Assembly: GCF_008831285.2 (NCBI RefSeq)
Contig: NC_045138.2
Span: 25,544,001-25,608,000 of the forward strand
From: Nymphaea colorata
Taxonomy: Eukaryota
DNA: 64,000 nt
Reading direction: 5' to 3'
The notes beneath the pieces are model-generated. The model had not been told where the DNA came from, ran no database searches, and worked only from the letters and a program-made list of their open reading frames with translations. This document shows, piece after piece, positions 1 to 11,805 of this stretch (position 1 is the stretch's first letter; every line of letters begins with the position of its first letter). The translations under genes and the position numbers were made by a program.

Positions 1-1245
1 GGCATTAAAACCACGATGTTGGGCATGTGGAGCTTGAGAGGAATGGAATCCAGTGAGGCCTTACTTACTGAAGCTCACTCTCGGGACGATGATGCAGAAT
101 TACACATGCTGAATGGCTGCAATCTATGGCGAGAGTCATGGCAGTTTTGGGATCATATCGAACAATGAAGGTTGGAAACGATGACTTAAAGCGATGCTGG
201 AAGGCAGGAGGCCGATCAATCAGAAATGGCAACACATTAGGGCACTCAGCCAACGTATAAGGGTACTTTGCCAACTGCCTACTTTAGAGGCTGGGGAGCA
301 GATGTGTCAGTATGGAGAACGAGATGCGAGGGATGATGGTGGTTAATGATAAGTAAGCTTTACAGTTACTGTTAGTGCTTTAGTCTACGCTTTTAATCAG
401 GAGCAGCCACGCTGGTGGTTTTTTTGGCCTATTGGTGGCAGTTTTGGGGCAGCTGGGTTATGCTTGCCTGGGTTCTTTCTTTTTTTCTACTGCTGTGGCT
501 GATGCTCAGCTTTTGTAAATCTTTCTTTTGTCCTGTACATAACTTTATTTTTTCTGCAATAAAAGGGAGGGAGCCTATCTCCCAGCAGCCATTTATTGGT
601 AAGACATTTTCCTTGAGAGTCAAGATGTGAAACAGTTCAGAAGTGGGTTTTGAACCCTAAAATCTCAGCTGATGTTTTAAAAATTAAAAATATTATGATT
701 CCCCCATCAACATCCTTCTTTATCTTGAATTTCATTTCTTATTCTTTCCAATTTCATTAAGCATTCATTCATTTGGACAAATATAAAGGTTCCACATAAT
801 GAAAAGCATCAACCACTATGCTCCTTATAACTGATTAGGTTATCTATACGTTCTCCCACTCCCAATATAAATCACATTTCTGAAATTTTTTTGAGGGCAA
901 TGCATTTCAGTAAAATAGCTTCACAAGCTACTACAAGACAAAACCTTAATTATTTGAAGCTTTGTGAGAGAAGAAATTTGGAAACTTGTGCCTAAGTTAA
1001 ACCAAGGGACCCTTGAACAACAAGAGGCTATCCAAGATTACCTTGGAAGATTAAGAAAATTCACTTCAAAAATTATGGATTACAAGTATATATGCTATCC
1101 GAAGATATAGCAGATCAAAAGAAAATTTGCTGCTCTCCTATACAAAGGTTTTTCTAGCTGAGTAATCTACTACAAGTTAAAAGCTGTCAGTTTAACCTCA
1201 ATGACAATACATGACTAGTAAAACAACAAATGTGCAAGTTTATAC

Positions 1246-2570
1246 CTCTCTAGTGTAGTAATATCTGATTGAAGTTGAGCAGCTCTAGCTTTTGCCTCAT
1301 CTAAAGGCATTGAGGAACCTAGCGTTCGTTCACTCTGTTGAAGCCTTTTCCTTAATTCATTATCCTGCAAATTAGTGTACAAATGAGCACTAGAAAAAAA
1401 AAATGTATATTTGTTTCTGAAATGAATGACCACTGGTTAATGCCACATCAAAGATCATATCATACTCAGGAGGAAAAGAAATCTGAAAGCACAGAATCAA
1501 ACATTTCAAAAAAGATGTACAGGACTCTCACCCGCTTTTCAGCACATTGCCGATACAAGGAAATCTCATCTTGACAAAATGGTTCAATATCATTGATTTG
1601 CAAACCTAAATAATTGTTTTACAATTAAACTTCTGGTAAAATTCACACTAATGCTAAAAAAGATGACTATAGCATGCTTAAACTACAGACTGCTGGCAAG
1701 TAAACAAATCATTCTCATAAAACAACTCAACCCCAATAAGTTAGGTGCAGATGACTTTTTGTTAACATCCCATCAACAGAGAAGGGTTGTAATAATATAC
1801 ATGAAACAGCAAGACTTGAATCAGCTTTCTTAGAACCATTATATACAAAATGTTTCACATGCTTCCACAAATTTACCTTTCCAGAATATAGGACCTCATA
1901 CAAGTGAATGTGCCATTCAAGAACCTAGAATTCCACAAGTAATCAAAGCCCCAATTCAAGTTCAACAAACTGCAGGGAGTAGCCGGCCAATGGAAGTAAA
2001 TAAGAGCAGGTCATGCGACTGAGTTACACATGAACAAGGATATTGTGAGCTGGCATATCACACGGTGCTCCACTGCAACAACAGCATTAATCCCTATCCC
2101 ATTTGTTAGTCAACGCACTCAGACAGACATTGAACATCTTCAACATGAGGTTACCATCACAATGGTGGGAAAGAATTTTCCAATTTACAAAGGTCCTGAG
2201 ACTGAGCAGCCTTTCCAATTGTAAAATGCAGAGTCCTAAGAGTTAAAACTGGGAGGCCTTGAACCAACAAAGATCAGATTTCTTTTCCTTTAATATATGT
2301 AAAATTACTTTCTCTGTATGAGAGAACTTACATAAGAAAAGGTTTCTGAGAATGCCATCACACAATTCAACTCCTTCAAGTACATGTGATGCTATCTCTG
2401 GGGGAATGATAGGAGATGGCGGCCCCATCATAAGATCATCACCCACCAAAATGGTCTCCTCCATTACTGGCTCTTTGTCCACTGAGGCCCGAAAAGTTTC
2501 CATCACATCACAAAATCCAGTAAAATAACAAAAACGCAAACACTGGAAACAAAGTCATCTTACCATCCAT
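1246..2570 (-). CDS. Conserved uncharacterised plant protein (MDVDKEPVMEETILVGDDLMMGPPSP...), 3'-partial; remaining exon(s) lie beyond the left edge
   Basis: Phase-compatible GT-AG exons 2570-2564 (ATG GAT G), 2481-2332, 1605-1532 and 1364-1246 splice into MDVDKEPVMEETILVGDDLMMGPPSPIIPPEIASHVLEGVELCDGILRNLFLCLQINDIEPFCQDEISLYRQCAEKRDNELRKRLQQSERTLGSSMPLDEAKARAAQLQSDITTLER. I recall this as a conserved angiosperm family of unknown function. Probable 5'UTR exons: 2621-2571 and about 3080-2976 (donor CAG|GT at 2975). Confidence 0.85.
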
Positions 2571-5229
2571 GGTTTCTGATTAACTTTCCTCTCTGAAGAA
2601 GGAATTGAATGGAGAGAGTGCCTGCAAATGCAAGTAGTCGTTATTGAACACCTCTCGGTAACATCCAGAGGCTAGTCCGTGTGTGTGTGTGTGTGTGTGT
2701 GCGTGTTTGTAGATCAGAAAAATTGATATGTGCTTTCTTCTCTGCTTTCAACAACCAGTTGCGATTATCAGAGGAAATAATCGAACCCCAAACGACAAAA
2801 AACAAGGCCATCGCTCTGTGAAACGTAGAGAGAAAGAGAGGGAGAGAAAAAAAGGGCTGATGCGGCGGCCGCATGAAGAAAGAGAGAGAGAGAGAGAGAG
2901 AGGTGGTGCCGCCGTTGCAGCCCATCCACCCGCCGTGAATCAGGCGTGTAAGAGAGAGAAAGATAGGGGGGATACCTGTGAAGCCGTCTGCGAAGACAAC
3001 AGGGGGTCGACACGCCGGCTCCGACAATAGTGAGTCGAGAAGCGATGGCGGGACGAGAGAAGAGAGGGAGACGGGTTTCTGGCGCGCTCTTCCTCACTTC
3101 CGATATGGGAGAACAGGAGCCGTCCGATATCTCTAAAATCGGATAATCGGACGGCTCCCAATCCGGCAGAATTTTAGTCCGGTTAATCAACACTGGAATA
3201 TAAGATTGATGTGTTTACATTGTTAAAAAGAAAACCAAATTTTTTTGGTACATTTTTTTACAACTGATCTCAATTGTTTTCTTCGCGGGCTTTAAATGAT
3301 TGACATTGTCTTCATCATTTTAGTACAGAACGTATTTTTGCCATAACAAATTAGTGTCTCCTGTAACAATAAATATTTTATATATTCATTTATTTATGTT
3401 CAACAATATCATCCACGTTCGTTCACCTTAGGTTGTAATTGCCGGAAATTCTTGTTCGAGGTCCAGCATTCATGGGTGCATTTCTCGAATGACGAGTGTC
3501 TTGATGTATCTTCAGTTTAGTTTTATTTATGCGCAATCTCCAGAGTTGAAGGGTATATCATATGACCACTAAAATTCTTGAGATAGGTGGGAAAGTAGAG
3601 TGGCTTGCCGTCGCACCGACCGCCACTCATTCTTGGTGTACACAGTAATCTGGATTAACTTTTCCACAAGGTGACAATTGCCAGAATTAATATGTCGAAC
3701 ACCTCAATGACCTCGTGGGAGATGTATGCCATGCGTGGCAGCATGAATATAGGCTTCATTCAGGTTCACCCCCATTTGTGGTGAGATTTTAATCTTTATT
3801 TTAATTTAGTTTTGCCCAGTTGCTTTACCAGAGAATATAGATTTTGCAGATTGTTTGCCTATCTTTACATGCATGTATTTGTCATACATTATATATCATG
3901 TCCATGCTTTTCCTTCAAGCAAGGACATGACATGTTGCGAATACTAAAAAAAACCATGACTGAGGAAGTAAAACCCCTTTTTTAGTTGATTCATAAGAGA
4001 ATTCATGCTGCTCAATAGAACAGAAATTAAAATGAGAATATGCAGACAGGATGCTTATAATTTTCGGGAAAAAAGAATCCCAATAGAAGACGTGTATTAT
4101 CGTTTTCTATCCAGATGCAGAGAAAATCCCGGATACTCCTCGCCTCGAGTGCAGGTACTTTAGAATACAGTGGTAATGGTGTGTCATTCCTAGTTATATT
4201 TCTTTTTCTTCTAAGTTCTAATGAAGCAAAGTTTGCAGAGTGTGTTGACAGAATACACCTTGTTCTCAAATATATGAATTTGGATTTTTCGTCTTGTTGT
4301 AGCTTAAAACTATCTCCTTGTGTGTCTCTTTATAAAGCTGAGTCTCTTGAGTTAAGCGACCTTTTCTAAACCACTCAAGTATAAAAGAAGGTCATAACTT
4401 TACTCAGGAATCCATTTACATCTAACATTGGCTTACTGAATATTACTGGATTGGCTTAAGTAGGCATCCTCCAGGGCTTATAGCAAACAGGTTGAATGGG
4501 AAGGAAAGAGAGGGCACCATCTTGGGCAGCGTTCTCTGGTTCTCTCTAGAATGGTGCGTTTGTGACAACAACCTCACTGTTCGTTTAAGTTAGTCTGTCA
4601 TCTTTGCAAGCAAGGGCTCTCTGTAAGACGTTGAAGATGGTAAAAAGGTCCAATGACGGGTGCATCCCCTTGGCTTAATCTGTTAGACGTCAGGCTAGCC
4701 CAACCTTACAAATCAAAAAGTACATGACATTGTTAAGGTGGAGTTCTCTCCTGAGAATATTAAGCACAGAAAAGTATTTCTTATGCAGGCATGGCATGCT
4801 TAATGGCAAAAGAATTTGATATAGAACTTTCTAAGGCTACCATTTTCATATATGATGGAGCTCTGCCTACCAGTACTTTAAGAAAGCATGGGTCCTTCAA
4901 TACTGCTTGAATTCAGAATCAGCGAAAGTTGACAGTTTTGGCTTACTTAGTCTATATTCACACCAAAAGGACTTCCTGCTGCAACTTTGTGAGGCAAAGA
5001 GTCTCTTGAATAATGGAGCCTTGGATCACGTTGGTGATTCAGGTTTCGTTTTGATTCAGTATCAATCATATCTATCAGCGAGGAAACCATTTACCAAGTA
5101 TAGAGAAGATGCAGTATGTTGCTGCATCAAATCTAGCGCAGAACAGACATTACTATAAACGCCTCCACTTCATGAAGACTTTACTTCATGCGATGAAATT
5201 TGCAAACTAGTTGCATGCATGATGATGAG

Positions 5230-6140
5230 GGTGAGCCCTGACCACGAAGCGTTATAAGGAGAACAGCATGAGAAAACTCAGGCAGCAAAAATGCAGTGTG
5301 CAGACTTGATCCAAGCTGGTCATCAACCAAGCTTCATCTTGCAAAATGAAAAATTTAGCACAGAGAAGATGGTTAAGGCAGAAAATGCACTGCCAACATT
5401 CTGTCCACCTCCTCAAGTTGTTCAAAGAATGCATGTCGAGGGTTTGATACTGGTCTGCTTGTAAGTCATGGTATAATCTGCTAAGAATCTGTATAAACTT
5501 CTCCTCCTCACCAATGAAGAGACTTGGCTTGCTCAAGCTTACCAACAAAAAGAGAGAAAAGTAATCCCACCCTGAGGCCTTGAAAACAGCATGTGCAAAC
5601 TAAGCCAAAAAGATGAGACCAACTGCTCATAGCTTGGCATCTAAGAGCTCATTCAAATTCACAAATATACTTGAAATGCTGAACATGAATATCAGGAAAC
5701 TGAGGTCTGCTTGTCCAAACCTAAATCATTACAATGTTGTTGGATACAAGCCCGCACCCGGGGGCTGAGGGGTTGGACGGGGGCTTCGGCCTTAGCCACG
5801 TTGGTGGGTCTCCCCCACTGACATGGACACCGTTGGATTCAATGCCAAACCTCCTTCTGAAGTATTTTGGCTCTGCAATAAGTTGGTTTGACTATAAGCC
5901 TGCTGTGTCTATCTCATAGATGTCACATCTTAGCAGACAAAATATCTCCGGCTTAATGAATAAGCCAAAGCTCAATCTTCCAGTTGTTCTTGAAATAATG
6001 TATTTGGTGGAGTTGAGTAATATAAAGTCGTGTTTGATTGGGGAGAGTCGAAGTCGAAAAAGAGCTGATACCACAGAATACCTTATTATGAACCCAACCA
6101 CAATCAAAGAATTGATTTGACACCATTGTACCCAAGTCAG
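5230..6140 (-). mobile_element. Degenerate LINE (L1-like) remnant, RNase H-like 3' region
   Basis: Broken minus-strand frames include GKLEQAKSLHW*GGEVYTDS and WQCIFCLNHLL, resembling the plant L1 RNase H-like motifs (GLxxAxxxG..vevEsDS; ..hvlRE). Many stops; boundaries approximate. Confidence 0.35.
5739..5842. mobile_element. Short GC-rich insertion (about 82 bp) with probable 11-bp target-site duplication
   Basis: GTTGGATACAA (5739-5749) and GTTGGATTCAA (5832-5842) flank a GC-rich segment in AT-rich sequence. Confidence 0.45.
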
Positions 6141-7183
6141 GATGACAAAATAAGGAGCTTAACCTAAGATTACTTCACTTTTTTTTTTCCTTTTCTAAGC
6201 AGATTATAGAAAACAACCAAAGATTTATTTCATATGGAAAAGATGAATTATATCAAATTGTCCAGATTTTGGACATAGTTTTGAAATCCACAAATAGAAA
6301 AAAAAAATTGGAGCTGGATTTTAATATTTGATCGGCACAGACAGGTCACAAGGGTACTTTTACTAATTGAAGGACTGCTAATGTGTGGTCAGAAATCAAG
6401 CTTTTCTCCTTGGCCAAGAGAAAAATGATAACTACTATTTTTCATGTTAGAAAAAGCAATACATATTGAGATGCTGACATTCTAAATGCTTCCACTTTAT
6501 GTAACAAAATGCTTATACTTGGAAATACTTTTCCTGTTTCATTGTTAATCATGTTCACCCATACCTGCATTTGTTCCACCACACATGCATACATTTCTCC
6601 TCCTACATGGGAATTTAAGAGAACGATAATTCCTTCAATTGGAAATTAAATGGGTCTAGGCCTAACCTATCATGGCAGACCCATATCTCAGGATCAAACA
6701 CTGTCCAAAGACTTTGAATCCGACATGATTGAGGCGGGGGGTCATGTAGACGGTGCGTTGCAGTTTTGATTTTTGTAGGTGCTACTTTCCTAGTTGTTCA
6801 TCCAGTGCACTCCATCGAGTTGAAGGCAGCCCACTATCCACCCGGACTTCGACACAACCCAGAACCCCAGACTTCAGGGCTCATCTGGGGGCTGGAATCC
6901 GATGCAGACAGTCGATGGTAAATTGACACATATCAAATATTGTCTCTATTGAACAATGAAAAAGTTGATAGGAACACCTATTTTGGTACATATCACCACA
7001 AAGAGCTACAGAAGTAGGTAATGAGAAGACCCATAGAGTATGGTTTTTCTTCCCTTATTTTACATGTGAAACCACAATTGGTTCCGGGAGATTTCATACT
7101 TCGTTCAAGCGTGTAAAACTGCGTGAAGCATTTTTCCCTTTAAGGAACGAAGACTGACTTTAGCTTGTGCAGAGACTGCACAA

Positions 7184-7351
7184 GCTCCGTTTGATGCATG
7201 TGAAGAAAAAGAGTTGGACCTCTACGACTTTTTTGCGTGGGAAATTTTCCCCATTTCAAAGAAAAATGCACGGTAAACATGATAAACCGTACAAACTTGG
7301 AGAAAAATCCACCATACTACACAGTGTTTTTCTTGTGCATCAAACAGAGCC
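7184..7351. mobile_element. Tourist/PIF-Harbinger-like MITE
   Basis: Terminal inverted repeats GCTCCGTTTGATGCA ... TGCATCAAACAGAGC(C), followed by TAA; about 170 bp, non-coding. Confidence 0.65.
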
Positions 7352-8049
7352 TAACGATTTGACCTATCTGGTTAGGGCACAACTTAGTCGCAGAGGCACA
7401 TATGGCTGGACTAAGGTCCGGCTTCATCGCGACCATAAAGCTCGGCTACTACCCTTGCTTTCTTCTTCATCAAATTAGGAAACAACGTGAAGAATGGTAC
7501 ATCATGGATTAAATTAATGAGCACACTTGACAATCAGCATCAAACAGTACCCTGCGTGCTCATAGCCTGTCGATATTCTTCCGTGGGGCCGAACAGAATT
7601 CGCATGTCTCCATTAAACTGTTAATCTCCATGAATGATATGATTCTGCACATTAAATTATGTTAGTGCTAGATTTGGTGGCACGTATTAAAAAATCAAAG
7701 AAGAAGAAGAATATTGTATAGTCGGACGCGAATTGTGACAACCACTTGGGCAGGAGTCCACGACAGCGTCACCTACAGCGCTTCCTGTCTGCTCGAAATC
7801 CAGACTTGACAACTCTCCCCCGCTGTCCCCGTCAACGCTACTGTTGATCATAATCATATTAAACTTGCTTCTTAAAAGAAACCAAAGCGTATATTAGTTA
7901 AAAGACTTGAGATGATCAAAGGTAGGCAAGTCCAATACGTATTATCAAAGAAATCAAACACGGAAATCATACATTGTTCAACATTATATTGTTTTGAGTA
8001 TATATATATATATATATATATACTCAAAGCAGTATCGGACAAATAAAAA

Positions 8050-8430
8050 TTTTCCGGTAGCTGGACGCGATCCCCCGCCACCGCCGGCGTGCCTGGGGGG
8101 ACCACCGTGGAGCGGGGTCACCGGGGGGCCGCTGCCCGGGAGGGGTGGTGGGCCCCAGGTCTGGTCAAGGCCCTCGGCGCGCAGAGTGGGAGGCCACCGA
8201 AGATTCCGCGTGCCTGCCGACCGTCACGCGCGAATCCAGCGGGGCCCGCACGGGCGTGGGCCCCGCGACAGCGACCCCCCAGTGGCACGTCCCCATGGGC
8301 GAAACAATGGGGCGATCATCGCTTTATTCATCGATCCTTTCACGTGGCCGTTTGTTCTCGATCCGACGGTCCCCGGTCCGCCACGCGGCACGCCCCACGA
8401 GGCATGAATTCCACGGTTCCGGTGTGTGGA
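8050..8430. promoter_or_regulatory. Isolated GC/CpG-rich island with clustered TCP-like sites and a G-box (candidate distal enhancer)
   Basis: Abrupt GC-rich block. GTGGGCCC at 8148-8155 and 8256-8263, GGGACCAC at about 8098-8105, CACGTG at 8341-8346, hairpin at 8239-8266. No credible CDS and no TIRs. Confidence 0.35.
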
Positions 8431-11400
8431 GTTCGGATCCGGGAAGGGATTTGATACGAGGACCAGTTTGGATCCGTCCAATTCGATTCAGAACTTACAA
8501 TTACAAAAAAGTTGGATCACTTGCCATGGGAGATTTAGATCTCATAAAATTATATACGAGAGTTGGACCAGAGGTCTGATATGCTAAGAACATTTCAGAG
8601 CATTTCATAGGAAGAACGTGGCACCTTTGAAAGGTAACCACATATGTTTTCATAAAATAATAAGAACATAATGTTCTTTTTTGCCAAACACCGGCTACCG
8701 GTTTATAGCAACCACTAGTTTGAGATTTTCCAAAGGCAGGCAGTGATTTGTGGTGAGATTGACAAAATTCTACCAAACACATTCCTTTCAGGTTGTGTTT
8801 ATAAAGTTAATAACATGCTCTTATCAATAATTCTAATGAATAAGGTGACGGATCAGTGGCTAATCTTTTCTACGTCTTGTATGATTGTCTTTGTAGAATA
8901 AAAACTAAAGTTCTTCCTTCCTGTTTGTTTTTTCACATCACCCTATAATTTATCCGAGAACCGAAAGGATGTTCTTACTGCGTATCACTAAACTGAGATA
9001 TGATGCGAATGCACAGCACGATACGCTACTGTTCCGAAGGAAAGAAGCGAAATGATGGAGTGGAAGGCTGTAGGGAACGCTATCAGTAAAAAGGGCCTGC
9101 TTGCTCTGTCACTGTTCAAATGAATCTAATTCTCTGTTCTCAGTTTGAAATTTGGAACTTAGGTGCATACTTTTTGAAATAGAGAGAAGGGCACGCGCGA
9201 TGTTCTGGGCACAGTGACTACAGCGACTCTTCATCCTCCTCCCTGGCCCGCCCCGCCCTCTGGTGTGCCTCGGAATTCCCACCACACCCACTGTGCAAAG
9301 TGATGAGAAATGATGAGGACCACACAGCTGGTGCCTCAAATCCCATCTTATATGGATTCTGATCCACGATCTAGATTTCTTGAAATGAAGGGCAACAATT
9401 GACGTGTTTGGGACAGTTTTGGCGTGGAGCCAAGATTTACCAAGATTTACCTTGGCATGTAGTTAAGATTTATCACTAAATTAATATATGACACTTTAGT
9501 TGATAGGTGTATCGACATTTTAATTGATAGGTATATTGCTCAATCACCTGAAACGGTAGGCAAACCCGCCATTAGGGTCCTCCGGTGAAAATAGGCACTC
9601 CTTTGTCAAAAGCTAGGATGAAAAAAGAATGAGCGATTTCGTGTGTTCGCCGTCCCGCTGTCGCCGTGTCTTGGGAAGCTTCTTCGAAGCTGCCCCGTCA
9701 CATTCATGACATGCGCGTTTGAATCTTGCTTACCTCCAGTCTTCCATGTGCATGGTGATCTAAAATCTTGGGATTTTAGATCCGACGACTTTTTATCGCT
9801 CACTTTTATTGCATTGCTCTCTCCGCCGAATTTAAAGAATAATAACGATATAAAATTAAATTCAAAGTTGCTTGACGTTAAATAGATCTTTGATCCTAGA
9901 ATTCAGATCAGTATGATGTAGAATAACAAGACCGCCTAACTAGAGTACGAGTTTACACATGTTGAAGATATTAATATTAATAAGTATCTATGCAGCTAAT
10001 TGGCATTGATATTCAGGATAAAGATGAGAGACATAATCCACCCAACTGATCTTTTTTCTTTTTTGAGATTCATTAAATTTGTGGTAGATCCTAATACTTG
10101 AACAAAGCAAAGACATGCTGCTTCAAAAAATTGACATTAATCTTGAGGATTTGGCATAAAAATGACACCTACCCAAAAGATTTTAACTGAAAATGTTTGT
10201 TTATCGATTTTACATCTTGGTCGATTCTAACAACAGTGACGGACGCTAGTTTTTATTTAATGTGAACATGATTCTGTCATTCCCTGAAACTGTGAGCGTG
10301 TTCGTTAAGTTGTTCTTGCTTTCCCGTTTGACAATTTCCTCTGCGTTTGATCATTTAAAATTATCCGGCGACAGCGACCGGTTGAGGAGCCAGAGGAAGA
10401 TGATTGGGTCCATCGTAGCCAAGTGGTCTACAAACCAAACACATGTTCTATGGCTTTACTTTACAAAAATAATTCTAGGCACATAGATCATAATATTATT
10501 GAATCAATTATATATGTATATACACCTTTATTTGATTTTAAATTTTGATACTGTATGATTTCTGGTATATAAAATGTAGGTTGGCAGTGGGAATTCTTGG
10601 TCGAGGCTGGACTTAGGTTGCATAAAAGTGGTCAACTGTGCCGGACCTGTGCCTTGCAAAAGCCAATGGCATAAAGTGGCTGGATTCGAGCCGCGTGACA
10701 CTATTTTTATCAAGCTTAGTCAGTTTTTCTATCTTTCTTTCTTTCCTTGCATGTGGACTCACTAAGGCTGGTAACATGTTGTAAATATTCCAATGTGGAA
10801 TCACACGCAGGAAAGCATGCAAGCAACGTGCAGGCACACACACACACAGAGAGAAATCATTTTATCTGGGACTTGAAATCGGCTCTCACACAGAAGGGTG
10901 TGGGCGAGTCTGGTATACTTTTTGAAAATGTACATTTTTTATTATATCTGGCTGGTTTGAGGTCAGAATGCTTATGAATTGCACATATTGATTGTATTTC
11001 CTTTTTGTTGGCCAACTTTCGCTTTTCGATTTGAAAGTACAAAATAAAGAAAAAAAAACTATATCTTCTTCCACAATAGGCTTTAACAAGAACCCCCTAG
11101 CTGTTTGAATGGAAATGGAAAAATGTTTTCCAAACAAGTGTTGTCAATATGGTAGTATATTATCTCATATCGGCTGATGCGCATCTTATCGGCCTATGTG
11201 CAAAATGGTATCGAGCCAATCGAAATGTGAACAAAACATCGGCAAGCAATTATTATATTTTGTGTTTTTCTTTTATTATTATATTTCATGTTTGTTTTCA
11301 TGAGTGTTTCTACCTTAATTTTTTGAGTTACAGTAACAATTTATACGGGGCCAAAGGAAACCACTTAGAACTCATATTTTGAGTGAACTTCAAGGCAGTG

Positions 11401-11549
11401 GAATAAGTACATCGTGGGTCCCTAAATGAAGACCCGAAGACTTTGACAAGCTTTTGGCCGTTCCCACACCGTTTGCGTGACACTTGCAATGAAAGATTTA
11501 TCTTTCTGCATGACTCAAATATATGAATGGATTAACTTTATTTATGCAA

Positions 11550-11805
11550 ATGTAGTGGGTATATCCAGTTACTAATAGATTTTGGATTCAATCGATTTGG
11601 TATGTGCTTTGAATCCGAATTAATCAAGTCTGGCATCTGGCAGGAATTCGATAAAGATCCGACCCGATTACATGTAAATGCCTAAGGCTTTGGATTTTCA
11701 CTTGAATCCACATCTAAATCCAAAATCTGACTACAGAGTCAGACTAAATCAAACTGGATAAAAAGTGGATTGGACTTAAATTCAAGGCGTTCTCATCCAT
11801 ATCTA
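11550..11805. mobile_element. Degenerate ATCCG/GGAT-rich non-autonomous DNA transposon fragment (hAT-like)
   Basis: Repeated GAATCC/ATCCGA/GGATT subterminal-type motifs, similar in style to 39366-39772 and about 25300-25568. Confidence 0.35.

Noticed and set aside
1..350. Possible LINE RNase H-like remnant within the intron of the first gene
   Set aside because: Similarity (DAELHMLNGCNLW) is too weak and fragmentary to call.
7994..8579. Overlapping 120-145-aa ORFs in the GC island
   Set aside because: Gly/Pro/Arg-rich and open in several frames, which reflects base composition rather than coding.
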